Source: a bacterium (lineage in GTDB: Bacteria > Zhuqueibacterota > Zhuqueibacteria > Oceanimicrobiales > Oceanimicrobiaceae). Taken from it: 64,000 bases of DNA. Of this stretch, positions 27,500 to 36,976 are shown piece by piece. The notes under the pieces are model-generated. The model did not search any database and was not told the DNA's origin. It saw only the letters and a list, made by a program, of their open reading frames with translations. The stretch lies in assembly GCA_046757165.1 (NCBI GenBank), contig JBHHXT010000003.1, positions 36,144 to 100,143 on the forward strand. The letters are read 5' to 3'. The first letter of the stretch is position 1, and each line of letters opens with the position of its first letter. The position numbers were made by a program, and so were the translations under genes.

Positions 27500-28810
27500 A
27501 TGAAAGAGGTTATGGCCAGACTGAACATTCTCGTGATCGGAGGAGGAGGCCGGGAACATGCGCTGGTGTGGAAGATCAACCAGAGTCCGCTGGTAGAAAA
27601 AATCTTCTGTGCGCCAGGAAATCCTGGCATTGGTGAGATAGCAGAGTGTGTGGAGCTCTCTGCAAGTGATTTGAGTGGTCTGCTCAACTTCGTGCACAAA
27701 CATGAAATCGACCTGACGGTAGTCGGGCCGGAAGCGCCCCTGGTTGAGGGTATCGTGGATAGCTTTACGGCCCGGGGTCTCAATATCTTCGGTCCATCGA
27801 AACGGGCGGCCGAAATCGAGGGCAGCAAAGTGTTTGCGAAGTCCCTGTTGAACGACTACAATATTCCCACGGCCAACTACCGGGTTTTTGATAACCATGA
27901 GGAGGCGTGTCGCTACCTCGAGGAGGTGTCCTATCCGACCGTGATCAAGGCAGACGGCCTCGCCGCCGGCAAAGGCGCGCTCATTTGCAAAACAAAGCAG
28001 GCGGCGCTGGCGGCCCTCGAGCAGATCATGGTGACGAAATCGTTTGGGGAAGCGGGCAGCAAGGTGGTGGTCGAAGAGTTCATGGTGGGAGAAGAGGCCT
28101 CTGTTATTGCCCTGACTGATGGCGAAAACATTGCCTACCTGCCGCCTTCGCAGGACCACAAGGCGATTTTCGATAACGACGAAGGGCCGAACACGGGCGG
28201 CATGGGCGCGTATGCCCCGGCGCCGGTCATCGATGACGCCATGATGGAACGCGTCCACCGTGAAATCATGCTGCCGACCGTGAATGCCATGGCCCTGGAA
28301 AACCGGCCGTATCGGGGGGTGCTCTACGCGGGTCTGGTGATCACAAGAGACGGTCCCAAAGTTATCGAGTTCAATTGCCGGCTCGGGGACCCGGAGGCGC
28401 AAGTGGTGCTGCCGCTGGTCAAGAGTGATCTGGTGGAGGTCATGTTCCGCATCGCCACCGGTAAGCGCATTGACCCCAGGCTGGCTTTGCACGACAAGTG
28501 GGCGTTGTGCGTGGTCCTCGCTTCCGGAGGCTATCCGGGCCGCTATGAAAAGGGCAAGGTGATTCTCGGCCTCGATGGCCACTTGCGTCAGCAGGTCGTC
28601 GTGTTTCATGCCGGCACCCGGTCGGCGGAAAAAGGCAAGATTGTCACCGATGGCGGCCGTGTCCTTGGCTTGACGGCGGTGGCAGATGATTTTCACTCCG
28701 TCCGGGAACAAGCTTACCAGGCCGTGGGAAAGGTAACGTTTGACAAAGCGTATTTTCGCAGGGATATTGGCAATAAAGCTCGTCGGCACCTGAGCCGCGC
28801 AAGCCCCTAG
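27500..28810 (+). CDS. purD: Phosphoribosylamine-glycine ligase
   Basis: GGGGREHAL, APGNPG, KADGLAAGKG, GPNTGGMGA and EFNCRLGDPE. Confidence 0.99.
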   Translation: MKEVMARLNILVIGGGGREHALVWKINQSPLVEKIFCAPGNPGIGEIAECVELSASDLSGLLNFVHKHEIDLTVVGPEAPLVEGIVDSFTARGLNIFGPSKRAAEIEGSKVFAKSLLNDYNIPTANYRVFDNHEEACRYLEEVSYPTVIKADGLAAGKGALICKTKQAALAALEQIMVTKSFGEAGSKVVVEEFMVGEEASVIALTDGENIAYLPPSQDHKAIFDNDEGPNTGGMGAYAPAPVIDDAMMERVHREIMLPTVNAMALENRPYRGVLYAGLVITRDGPKVIEFNCRLGDPEAQVVLPLVKSDLVEVMFRIATGKRIDPRLALHDKWALCVVLASGGYPGRYEKGKVILGLDGHLRQQVVVFHAGTRSAEKGKIVTDGGRVLGLTAVADDFHSVREQAYQAVGKVTFDKAYFRRDIGNKARRHLSRASP

Positions 28811-29006
28811 ATTTTTTCGCAGACTTCGCTGCGAAAAAAGTCATTAGCGCTTCGCGCCGTCATTTGGTCATTGCCTGCTCAATGCCGCCCACAGGGCAAA
28901 TGACAACAAATGACGAGCAAAGCTCAATGACGGGCCTTTTCTGAAACGGTTGATCCAAAAGAAATTATCGACAAAACTTTGTCGATGTTTGGCGCCAAGC
29001 GCCTAG
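28800..29006 (+). repeat. Structured intergenic mini-element, copy A
   Basis: TTTTTTCGCAGACTTCGCTGCGAAA hairpin, TCATT/AATGAC repeats, ATCGACAA..TTGTCGAT hairpin, flanked by CAAGC(C/G)CCTAG; near-identical ends at 42261-42460. Confidence 0.75.
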
Positions 29007-29068
29007 CTCATTCTGATGTGTTTGACTGAAAACATTGTCGCTGTCGTTTCGGCGGCTCCGCTGAAAAG

Positions 29069-29093
29069 CGACCCACAAGGGGTCGGGGCTACA
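29069..29093 (-). repeat. GTAG-type REP-like palindrome
   Basis: Minus strand TGTAGCCCCGACCCCTTGTGGGTCG. Confidence 0.4.
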
Positions 29094-29168
29094 ATTCGAT
29101 GTTACGATTGTAATTCTAATAGGCAAAATTAATAACGCACATTCTCTCAGATAGAAAGGGACCTTCGC

Positions 29169-30089
29169 ATGAGAATCTTGGTTACAGGCGGCGCCGGATT
29201 TATCGGCTCCCACATCGTCGATGCTTACATCAACCAGGGTCATGAAGTTGTGATTATTGATGATCTTTCATCAGGCCGGGAAGCTAATTTGAACCCGAAA
29301 GCCGAATTCTTTCAACTGCAGATCCAGGATCGGAAAGTGACTGAGATATTCGGCAGATTCAAGTTTGATCTGGTCAATCACCATGCGGCTCAGATGGATG
29401 TTCGCAAATCGGTTGCGGATCCGGTTTTTGACGCCAGCGTCAATGTGCTCGGGACATTGAATTTGCTGGAGAATTGTGTCAAGCACCGTGTAAGGAAGTT
29501 CATCTTTGCCTCCACAGGCGGGGCGGTCTACGGCGAGCAGGAGGCTTTTCCGGCGGACGAAACCCATCCCACCTGGCCGCTGTCGCCCTACGGCATCACC
29601 AAACTCACGTGTGAAAAATACTTGTTCTACTACCAGCAGGTCTACAACTTGCCGCACGTCATTCTGCGCTACGCCAACGTGTACGGGCCCAGGCAGAATC
29701 CACACGGCGAAGCAGGGGTGGTCGCGATTTTCATCGAAAAGCTTCTGGGCGGTAGCCATCCCGTCATCAATGGCGATGGCAAACAAACCCGTGATTATGT
29801 CTTTGTCGAGGACCTGGTGCGGGCAAATCTCATGGCAACAGCCTTTTCGCGCACGGATGTCTTCAACATTGGCACCAGCAAGGAAACGGACGTCAATACG
29901 ATTTTCCGCTTGCTCAAAGAGTTGACGGGCTCGGACTCGCCGGAGCAGCGCGGACCCGCCAAAAAGGGCGAACAACTGCGCAGTTGTCTCACATTCTCGA
30001 AGATCGAGAAAACGCTCGGCTGGAAACCCGAGGTCGAGCTGAGGACAGGGTTGCAAAGGACCGTGCACTATTTCCAGTCAAATCAATGA
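29169..30089 (+). CDS. NAD-dependent epimerase (UDP-glucose 4-epimerase-like)
   Basis: [22 protein letters not shown] and NVYGPRQ. Confidence 0.92.
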   Translation: MRILVTGGAGFIGSHIVDAYINQGHEVVIIDDLSSGREANLNPKAEFFQLQIQDRKVTEIFGRFKFDLVNHHAAQMDVRKSVADPVFDASVNVLGTLNLLENCVKHRVRKFIFASTGGAVYGEQEAFPADETHPTWPLSPYGITKLTCEKYLFYYQQVYNLPHVILRYANVYGPRQNPHGEAGVVAIFIEKLLGGSHPVINGDGKQTRDYVFVEDLVRANLMATAFSRTDVFNIGTSKETDVNTIFRLLKELTGSDSPEQRGPAKKGEQLRSCLTFSKIEKTLGWKPEVELRTGLQRTVHYFQSNQ

Positions 30090-30096
30090 AGACGAG

Positions 30097-31257
30097 ATGA
30101 ACGGGAGCAGCGAAAACTTCGGCATCATTGGTCAGTCCCAGGCCATTCAGCAAATCTTGTTGACGATCCGGCAGGTGGCGCCAACCGATATCTCTGTCTT
30201 GATCGTAGGAGAAAGCGGTACCGGCAAGGAGCTGGTCGCCAACGCGATTCATCAACAGAGTCAGCGCGGACAGCAGCCGCTGGTGGTGGTGAACTGCGGT
30301 GCGATTCCAGAAGGGATCCTGGAATCCGAGCTGTTCGGGCATGAAAAGGGCGCGTTTACCGGTGCGATAGGTGCGCGCAAGGGATATTTCGAGCTGGCAG
30401 ACTCCGGCACGATTTTTCTGGACGAGATCGGGGAAATGCCGTCTGCCACGCAGGTGAAGCTTTTGCGCGTGCTCGAGGGCAAAGAGTTCATGCGCGTGGG
30501 GGGCAGCAAGATGCAAAAAGTGGACGTGCGGGTCATCGCCGCGACCAACAAGGATCTGGAGCGAGCAGTCCAGAGTGGCGAATTCCGTGACGATTTGTTT
30601 TACCGGTTGAATGCGGTCCATATTCGTATCCCGCCCTTGCGGGAGAGAAGAGATGACATCGCGCTGCTGGTGAGAAAGTTTAGCCACGCTTTCGTCCGGG
30701 AAAGCCACGTCGAGTTCCAGGGATTCAACGAGACAGCATTGAGAATGCTGGAGAAACATGATTGGCCCGGCAACATCCGCGAGCTGAAGAATACCATCGA
30801 GAGTATGATCGTGCTGGAAAAGGGCCGTCGCATCGATGAGTTGGCCATCTCGCGCTACTTGCGACCGCCTCAGCACATCGAGAGAAATCTGCCCGTGCCG
30901 ACCCACCGCTCGACCGAGCAAGTCGAGCGCGAGTTCATTTATCGAGCCTTGCTCGATCTGAAATCCGAAATCGCCAAACTGCGTGAGGACCTTTTTCAGG
31001 TCATCTATTCCGACCGCAGTCCAAAGTCGTTGCCCTATTATTCGGAGGTTATTCCGCGCCCGCAGGAGGCTGTGGAAGACAATGAAATTACTGATGCCTT
31101 CGACATGGATGGCAAGACCCTGGAAGATATCGAACGGCATATGATAAACCGTGCGTTGGAGAGTTTTGGTGGCAGCAAACGAAAGGCTGCCAAGTCCTTA
31201 GGAATCAGTGAGCGGACCCTATATCGAAAGATCAAAGAATATGCTTTGCCTTACTAG
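30097..31257 (+). CDS. Sigma54 enhancer-binding AAA+ protein with a Fis HTH and no sensory domain
   Basis: [31 protein letters not shown] and [11 protein letters not shown]. Confidence 0.93.
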   Translation: MNGSSENFGIIGQSQAIQQILLTIRQVAPTDISVLIVGESGTGKELVANAIHQQSQRGQQPLVVVNCGAIPEGILESELFGHEKGAFTGAIGARKGYFELADSGTIFLDEIGEMPSATQVKLLRVLEGKEFMRVGGSKMQKVDVRVIAATNKDLERAVQSGEFRDDLFYRLNAVHIRIPPLRERRDDIALLVRKFSHAFVRESHVEFQGFNETALRMLEKHDWPGNIRELKNTIESMIVLEKGRRIDELAISRYLRPPQHIERNLPVPTHRSTEQVEREFIYRALLDLKSEIAKLREDLFQVIYSDRSPKSLPYYSEVIPRPQEAVEDNEITDAFDMDGKTLEDIERHMINRALESFGGSKRKAAKSLGISERTLYRKIKEYALPY

Positions 31258-31756
31258 ACCCTTGACTCGTGCGCGCCTCTGGCCAGTGCTTGGATTGTGT
31301 GCGGCAAGTCTGGCCTGCGGACCCTATTCCTTTTCGGGCACTGGTGCGACACATATCAAAACAGTGGCAGTGCCGATTTTTCAAGACCAGACCGCTGAAT
31401 TTGGAATTAAGGAAAAACTGACCGATAAAGTGATAGACGAATTTACCCGCGAGCACACGCTCAGGGTCACCGATCGACGCAATGCGGATTCTTTGATCGA
31501 GGGGAAGGTTGTTCGCGTCGATGACCGCGCCGGCGCATTCAGCAGCGATGAAAGCGTACAGGATATCAAAATCTTCATCACGGTATCTGTTCGCTACCAG
31601 GATCTAAAAAAGCGAAAACTGATATGGGAAGATAGCATCACACAGTGGGGGACATTCAATCCGGACGAAGGGTCCCAGAACCGGGAGCTGGGAATCGATG
31701 AAGCCGTTGCCAAGATTGCCAACGAAATTCTAAACCGCTCCGTTTCAGGCTGGTGA
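31241..31756 (+). CDS. lptE: LptE-family lipoprotein
   Basis: Lipobox SLAC followed by [14 protein letters not shown] and a C-terminal W; start moved to ATG 31241. Confidence 0.8.
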   Translation: MLCLTRPLTRARLWPVLGLCAASLACGPYSFSGTGATHIKTVAVPIFQDQTAEFGIKEKLTDKVIDEFTREHTLRVTDRRNADSLIEGKVVRVDDRAGAFSSDESVQDIKIFITVSVRYQDLKKRKLIWEDSITQWGTFNPDEGSQNRELGIDEAVAKIANEILNRSVSGW

Positions 31757-31839
31757 TGACAAAAAAACGTTGCTAAAAGACATTAATTTATTTACCTTAT
31801 GTCCGGACGATCTATTTTTGGCCATGATGAGTTTAATTG

Positions 31840-33072
31840 ATGGATCAGGAAATGAAAACGGAGAATAATGGCGGGGATGTGGAATTTCTGGAAAGCTATC
31901 TCAACGAGCATCCGGAGTCCATTCTCTTTGCTCGCTTAGCTGACGTTTATTTGCACCAGGACAGAGTTGATCAGGCCATCCAGGTGTGTGAGGAAGGGAT
32001 CAAAAAACACCCTTATTATGCGACGGGTCATTTTGTGCTCGGTAAGAGTTACATGGCCAAGAAATTGTTCGAGCAAGCGGAGAAAGAATTCAAACGCGTT
32101 CTGTTGTTTGATCCAAAATTCCTGGCCGCCCACAAGCTTTATGGCGACTTGATGAAGGAGATCGGCTGGGAAAACACCTGCGAAATGAGCTATAAAAAGA
32201 TCCTGCAGATCGATCCGCTTGATGAGCACGCCCGCAGTGTGGTCGGAGAGTACATCCTTGAAGGCGAGCAACGGAGTGAGAGCAAGGCCGCCTCCGGAGC
32301 GTCCATGCCTGATGACACCTCCGCCCGGCCTGAATCTGAGTCCGGGGCTGGAGTCGACCTCGACGCTGTCAGTCCAATTTCGGTTTCGGCCGAAGAGGAA
32401 GACATGCTTTTCGACGAGACCGAAGTGAGCACCGAAGAGGTTATCAAGGCGCAGGCGCCTGCCGAAACCAAGGAAGCCACTGGAATTGATGACGCCGAGG
32501 CCGAGGAGTTTTCCTTCATTCTGGATGACATCTTCAAAGACGAGGTGGTCGAAGGGGGAACGGAGAAGAAACCTTCTGCTCCCGAAAGCACTGAAACCAG
32601 CACTGAAAATGGCGCCGCTAACGAAGAGCCGGATCCCTTTTTGGCTGATCTGCAAATGCCACCCGAGACGGCTTATCAACCGCCGGCAAAGCCAGAAATC
32701 CGGCAAGTTTCGGAGCCGCCGGCAGAACCAGAAATCCAGCAAGTTTCTGAGCCGCCGGCAGAGCCAGAGCCGGACCCTTTTGAGGATATTTTCAAAGAGC
32801 CTCTGCCTGGCCCGGGACCGGAGAGCCAGGCCAAGCCGGTACCGCCCGAACCGTATCCTCAAAGCCCGCCAGTGCCGACGAAGAAGAAGAAAGGCGACAA
32901 GATCGTCACCCCCACCCTGGGAGAGATCTATGCGGCCCAGGGTCAGTACAGCAAGGCCTTGGATGTTTTCGAGACATTGATCAAGAAACACCCAGACAAC
33001 GAATTCTACATACAAAAGATCGCCATGCTCAAGCAGAAGCTGGCTGAATCCAGGGATGAAGCCAAGAATTGA
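31840..33072 (+). CDS. TPR protein with a long acidic/Pro-rich linker and a C-terminal TPR
   Basis: FARLADVY…, TPTLGEIYAAQG; internal 12-aa repeat PPAxPEIxQVSE. Confidence 0.8.
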   Translation: MDQEMKTENNGGDVEFLESYLNEHPESILFARLADVYLHQDRVDQAIQVCEEGIKKHPYYATGHFVLGKSYMAKKLFEQAEKEFKRVLLFDPKFLAAHKLYGDLMKEIGWENTCEMSYKKILQIDPLDEHARSVVGEYILEGEQRSESKAASGASMPDDTSARPESESGAGVDLDAVSPISVSAEEEDMLFDETEVSTEEVIKAQAPAETKEATGIDDAEAEEFSFILDDIFKDEVVEGGTEKKPSAPESTETSTENGAANEEPDPFLADLQMPPETAYQPPAKPEIRQVSEPPAEPEIQQVSEPPAEPEPDPFEDIFKEPLPGPGPESQAKPVPPEPYPQSPPVPTKKKKGDKIVTPTLGEIYAAQGQYSKALDVFETLIKKHPDNEFYIQKIAMLKQKLAESRDEAKN

Positions 33073-34126
33073 GAGGCTCAAAAGTCGGTTAGATCATCAT
33101 GGTCTGGATGCGCTCTTAGTTTCTTCAGCAACAAATATCAGATATCTTTTTGGCTTTACGGGGTCGAATGCGATCGCCTTGATCTCTTCCGGCCCTTCTT
33201 TTTTTGTGACAGACAGAAGATATCGGCAGCAGTCCGGTGAGCAGGTGCACGACGCAGAGATTATCATCGCGCAAAAGGACCTCTACTCTGAACTGCAAAG
33301 AGTGTCTATTCTGACCCCCGGCTACAAAGTCGGCGTGGAAGTCGCCCATCTTCCTGTCAAGAGCTTCTTCCATCTCAAAAAGATCTTGCCAAACGTCAAA
33401 CTCCTTGCTGCTGAGAATCTCGTTGAGAAAATCGCCAGCATCAAGGAGCCCGCAGAGATCGAGAATATCCGGCGTGCTGGCGGGATTTGTCAGTCTATCT
33501 TTCGCGAAGTGTGTTCGGTGTCAAAACCGGGCATGCGGGAGCTGGAGTTGTCAGCCGAGATTTCCTACCGTGCCATGCGGGCCGGCAGCGAACGGGATCC
33601 ATTCGAGCCCATCGTCGCCAGTGGCAAACGCTCCGCTCTGCCACACGGGATTTCCACCAGCAAAGTCCTTGAAACGGGCGATTTGGTCATCGTTGATTTT
33701 GGAGCCACCATCAATGGCTATGCAGCGGATTTTACCCGCACCGTGGTTCTGGGGGAGTTGACGAAGAAATATGAGGAAATGGCCCGGGTGGTTTTGCAAG
33801 CGCTGTGCGCTGCCGAGTCTGCGGCCCGGCCGGGGATGAGCGGCAAGCAGTTGGACCAGGTGGCCAGAGATTCGATCGAGCAGGAGGGCTATGGCGACTA
33901 TTTTCAGCATTCACTGGGACATGGGCTGGGCCTCAATGTGCACGCCATGCCCCGAATCAGCGAGCAAAGCGAAGATGCGCTGGAAGTGGGTCAGGTGATC
34001 ACGCTCGAGCCCGGCGTCTACGTCCCCGAGGTCGGTGGCGTCCGCATCGAAGACGATTTTTACCTCACCGAGCCAGGGCTTGAAAATCTTACGCCATGCG
34101 ACAGAGAGGTCGTTTGTGTCGGCTGA
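33056..34126 (+). CDS. Xaa-Pro peptidase (M24B family)
   Basis: SALPHG, DFG…ADFTRT, HSLGHGLGL, TLEPGVY and GVRIED. Confidence 0.93.
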   Translation: MKPRIERLKSRLDHHGLDALLVSSATNIRYLFGFTGSNAIALISSGPSFFVTDRRYRQQSGEQVHDAEIIIAQKDLYSELQRVSILTPGYKVGVEVAHLPVKSFFHLKKILPNVKLLAAENLVEKIASIKEPAEIENIRRAGGICQSIFREVCSVSKPGMRELELSAEISYRAMRAGSERDPFEPIVASGKRSALPHGISTSKVLETGDLVIVDFGATINGYAADFTRTVVLGELTKKYEEMARVVLQALCAAESAARPGMSGKQLDQVARDSIEQEGYGDYFQHSLGHGLGLNVHAMPRISEQSEDALEVGQVITLEPGVYVPEVGGVRIEDDFYLTEPGLENLTPCDREVVCVG

Positions 34127-35063
34127 AAAGGCAGTGGAGTTTTCCGTTGTCGTCGTGACGCACAACAGCGAGAATGAAATCGGCCCTTGCCTGCGCTCGG
34201 TGGTGCAGGAGCTGAGCCCGTTTACTTATGAGATTCTGGTGATAGATAACGGTTCTGGTGACGATACCCGGCGAGTCGTCACCCGGTTCATGTTGGATTC
34301 CGGGGCTCGATCCGGAGCGGTCCAGCTCATGGCGAATGAGCGCAATCTCGGATTTACGCGCGCGCTAAACCAGGGCCTGCGCAACTGCCGCGGCCGCTTC
34401 GTCATGACGCTGAATCCCGACACCGAGCTACTGCCAGGAAGCGTGACCCGGCTGCGAGACGCTCTGAGGGCGGAGGAAACTCTCGGTGTGGTGGCGCCGC
34501 AGTTGTTGTATGGCGACGGCTCTGTGCAGCCCACCTGCCGGCACTTTCCCCGCCGCCAGGATGTCTTGTGGCAGATCACAGGCCTGAGCTATCTCTTTCC
34601 GGGCAGCAAGCGCTTCAATCATTGGAAAATGGGCGAGTTTGACCACAGCACGCGCCGCCGGGTCGACCAGTGCCAGGGGGCTTGCCTCCTTTTTCCCCGC
34701 TATGTGCTCGAAAACGTCGGGTTGTGGGATGAACGCTTCCCGATGTTCTTTAGCGATGTCGACTGGTGCAAGCGCGTGAAAGAGAGCGGCTATGATATTC
34801 TTTTCGAGCCAGAGGCCAAAGTGGTGCACTTGCAAGGTGTGAGCGTGTTCAAAAGGCGCGCCCGCATGATCTGGACCTCGCACCGCTCCTTCTATGACTA
34901 TTTCAAGAAGCACGAAAGAAAATTTATGTTTGTTAATGAAATTTTTGGTCTTATTTTGTTACTAACGTGCATTCTGAGAATTTGTGCGGTGCCGTTTCAC
35001 GACAGCAAAGAGGGAGAGACTCATGCAACAGAATACCCAGGTAGAAACTCGGGTAAAGGATGA
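34116..35063 (+). CDS. Glycosyltransferase family 2
   Basis: VVVTHNS, IDNGSGD, NLGFTRALN, LNPD and FFSDVDWC; probable GTG start at 34116 with an RBS. Confidence 0.9.
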   Translation: MSAEKAVEFSVVVVTHNSENEIGPCLRSVVQELSPFTYEILVIDNGSGDDTRRVVTRFMLDSGARSGAVQLMANERNLGFTRALNQGLRNCRGRFVMTLNPDTELLPGSVTRLRDALRAEETLGVVAPQLLYGDGSVQPTCRHFPRRQDVLWQITGLSYLFPGSKRFNHWKMGEFDHSTRRRVDQCQGACLLFPRYVLENVGLWDERFPMFFSDVDWCKRVKESGYDILFEPEAKVVHLQGVSVFKRRARMIWTSHRSFYDYFKKHERKFMFVNEIFGLILLLTCILRICAVPFHDSKEGETHATEYPGRNSGKG

Positions 35064-35394
35064 CATCGGAATCATCGACATTCAGGGCGAAGTGACCAGC
35101 TTCTCGGAGAAGATTTTGGAAGAGAGTTACGAGACCTTGACCGGCGAGGGTCTGATAAAGATCGGTTTCAATTTTGAAAAGGTTTCCTACATCAACAGTG
35201 CCGGCATGGCGATCATCATAAGCATCCTGACCAGGAGCCGCAAGCGGGAACAAACCCTGCGCTGTTGGGGGCTGACCGAGCATTTTCAGAAGATTTTCGA
35301 TATGGTCGGGATTACCCGGTATATGGAGCATGCCCGCAGTGAGGAGGAGGCTTTGGGAGGATACTCCCGCTCTCGTCGGCATGGAGCTAACTGA
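35023..35394 (+). CDS. STAS-domain anti-anti-sigma protein
   Basis: IQGEVT, YINSAGM and IFDMVG. Confidence 0.85.
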   Translation: MQQNTQVETRVKDDIGIIDIQGEVTSFSEKILEESYETLTGEGLIKIGFNFEKVSYINSAGMAIIISILTRSRKREQTLRCWGLTEHFQKIFDMVGITRYMEHARSEEEALGGYSRSRRHGAN

Positions 35395-35499
35395 ACATAT
35401 TTGATCTTAAACAGCTTCAGGGTGGCGTGCAACGGTTCAGCGTTGCATGAGATGCTAAAGCATTTCACTCCTGCCTCAGTCCCCCTTTGATGACGAATT

Positions 35500-35601
35500 C
35501 CTAACCCGGACAAGCCGGAAATCCTAATCTCGAAATCCGAAACAAAGTGTGCCATAAAAAAGTCTTGCCAAAAAATGACAAAACTTGACTTGTCAGGGTC
35601 T
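35500..35601 (+). repeat. Left copy of an ~100-bp inverted repeat
   Basis: CCTAACCCGGACAAGCCGGAAAT…AAAGTGTG…AAAGTCTTGCCAAAAAATGACA; its reverse complement is at ~36857-36960. Confidence 0.75.
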
Positions 35602-35604
35602 AAT

Positions 35605-36498
35605 CTACAATTCCAATAGAATTGAAAAGACAAATCCCGGCGAATCGCCTCGCGAAGAATAATTCTTGTGCTTCAGCAGATAATACCGGTCTCGATACAC
35701 CGTAAATGTACAGAGCGGGTGGTTGTCTGTGGCCGTATCTTTGGCGATCTCAGTGCCGGAAATGTAATCCCTTTGTCTTTGCTTCACAATAAACAGATCG
35801 ACATCCGAAAGATTATTGCTTCCGGCTCCGACCATGGCATACTCTCCCGGCGGCGGTTGTGTATTATACAAATAGGTGTCAGCGCCCTTGCTCAATCGGC
35901 CACCGAACAAACAGAATGTTCCTCTGGCAAAGCGGCTGGAGAACAAGTATGTGATTTGAGCGTTCTTGATGACATTGTCGAGAGCCTGAGCGATTTCGTA
36001 CATCGAGAAATTGCCGGAAGAGCTTTGTCTCAACACGACCATGACGCAAAACCCGGCACGAGCAGAATTGTAATTGCTGATTTTTAGCGTCATGTTGCCG
36101 GAGTAATTGGGCGTAAAGTGGAGAAGTGGCGTGGCATCATTCTCGGTGTCCTTTTGCAATAGGGTTCCTGCAGAAGATAGGAGGGCCAAATCCATGTCAA
36201 TGATATCATCATCTCCTGCTGCCAGGACCAGATAGGTGACGTCTTTGTCAAAGTGCATATTGAGACTATGGGAGCTGCCCTTGGCCAGATAAACTCCGAA
36301 GAGACAGTTGCCACTCACGTAATCGTAATTTGCAAGGTTCACTATCGTTGACTGGGTGATGATCTTAGTTAGTGCTTGCTCGAGGTAGCTGAAAATGGAT
36401 GCCTGCGCCATGACCTTGCCGGGAATCAGGATGGCAAAAGTAATGAGCACAGTTAATGACACTCCAAGACCTGTTCTTTTTTTGCGATTCTTTTTCAT
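35605..36498 (-). CDS. Secreted hypothetical protein with two tandem beta-rich (PPC-like) domains
   Basis: Signal peptide ending VMA-Q; internal duplication CLFG..L.KG…Y….AG…D.DL…KDT..D..P. Confidence 0.7.
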   Translation of the reverse strand: MKKNRKKRTGLGVSLTVLITFAILIPGKVMAQASIFSYLEQALTKIITQSTIVNLANYDYVSGNCLFGVYLAKGSSHSLNMHFDKDVTYLVLAAGDDDIIDMDLALLSSAGTLLQKDTENDATPLLHFTPNYSGNMTLKISNYNSARAGFCVMVVLRQSSSGNFSMYEIAQALDNVIKNAQITYLFSSRFARGTFCLFGGRLSKGADTYLYNTQPPPGEYAMVGAGSNNLSDVDLFIVKQRQRDYISGTEIAKDTATDNHPLCTFTVYRDRYYLLKHKNYSSRGDSPGFVFSILLEL

Positions 36499-36716
36499 AA
36501 CGCCCTCCGTGAGGTTTCATAAAGGAGACTCTACCTGGCTATGCCCATATAGAGTGACGGCGATGGAAGAATCTTTCGCGTGTCGCATGAAAAAGGGAAA
36601 AGAATTGTCCAGGCAGTTGACCGAACACCGATCCTGCACGGTCTCTGACCGTACATTTTGAGGCCCGGGGTGCCGGCCAGGACAGCACAACACAGTCAGA
36701 GACTGTGTTGGAACCT

Positions 36717-36856
36717 TAGGCGCTTGAATTTTTTTATCGACAACGCAGTTGTCCATAATTTGGAGTAATGGAGTAATGGCTGGCCGAAAATCCAAAACTC
36801 CATTACTCCAACACTCCATTTCTTGCAAGCGCAGTCTTGCACGAAACCCAGGCGCT
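36717..36856 (-). repeat. Structured mini-element, copy C (reverse orientation, TGGAGTAA core)
   Basis: TAGGCGCTTG-N9-ATCGACAA..TTGTCCAT end and a GCGCAGTCT hairpin end matching copies A/B; internal (TGGAGTAA)n/(TTACTCCA)n hairpin. Confidence 0.6.
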
Positions 36857-36960
36857 GACCAGTTCTTTTCTGTCACTTTTTGGCAAGACTTTCTGGTGAC
36901 ACACTTTTCTTTTCGAGTTTAGAGCTTTGGATTTCGAATTTCCGACTTGTCCGGCTTAGG
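36857..36960 (-). repeat. Right copy of the ~100-bp inverted repeat
   Basis: TGTCACTTTTTGGCAAGACTTT…CACACTTT…TCCGACTTGTCCGGCTTAGG. Confidence 0.75.
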
Positions 36961-36976
36961 ACTCAGGGTACCTCAG

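Noticed and set aside
32680..32769. 36-nt direct repeat (about 2.5 copies) that could suggest a CRISPR array
   Set aside because: The units are contiguous with no spacers and encode the in-frame PPAxPEIxQVSE linker of the TPR protein; there are no cas genes
31936..33081. Long antisense ORFs (this 381-aa one; also 27464-28789, 29989-31140, 48788-50053, 17951-18826)
   Set aside because: They are shadows of well-supported genes on the opposite strand and carry no recognisable motifs
36517..36876. 119-aa ORF containing MECWSNGVL
   Set aside because: It is a translation of the TGGAGTAA repeat hairpin and mini-element C, so unlikely to be a real protein
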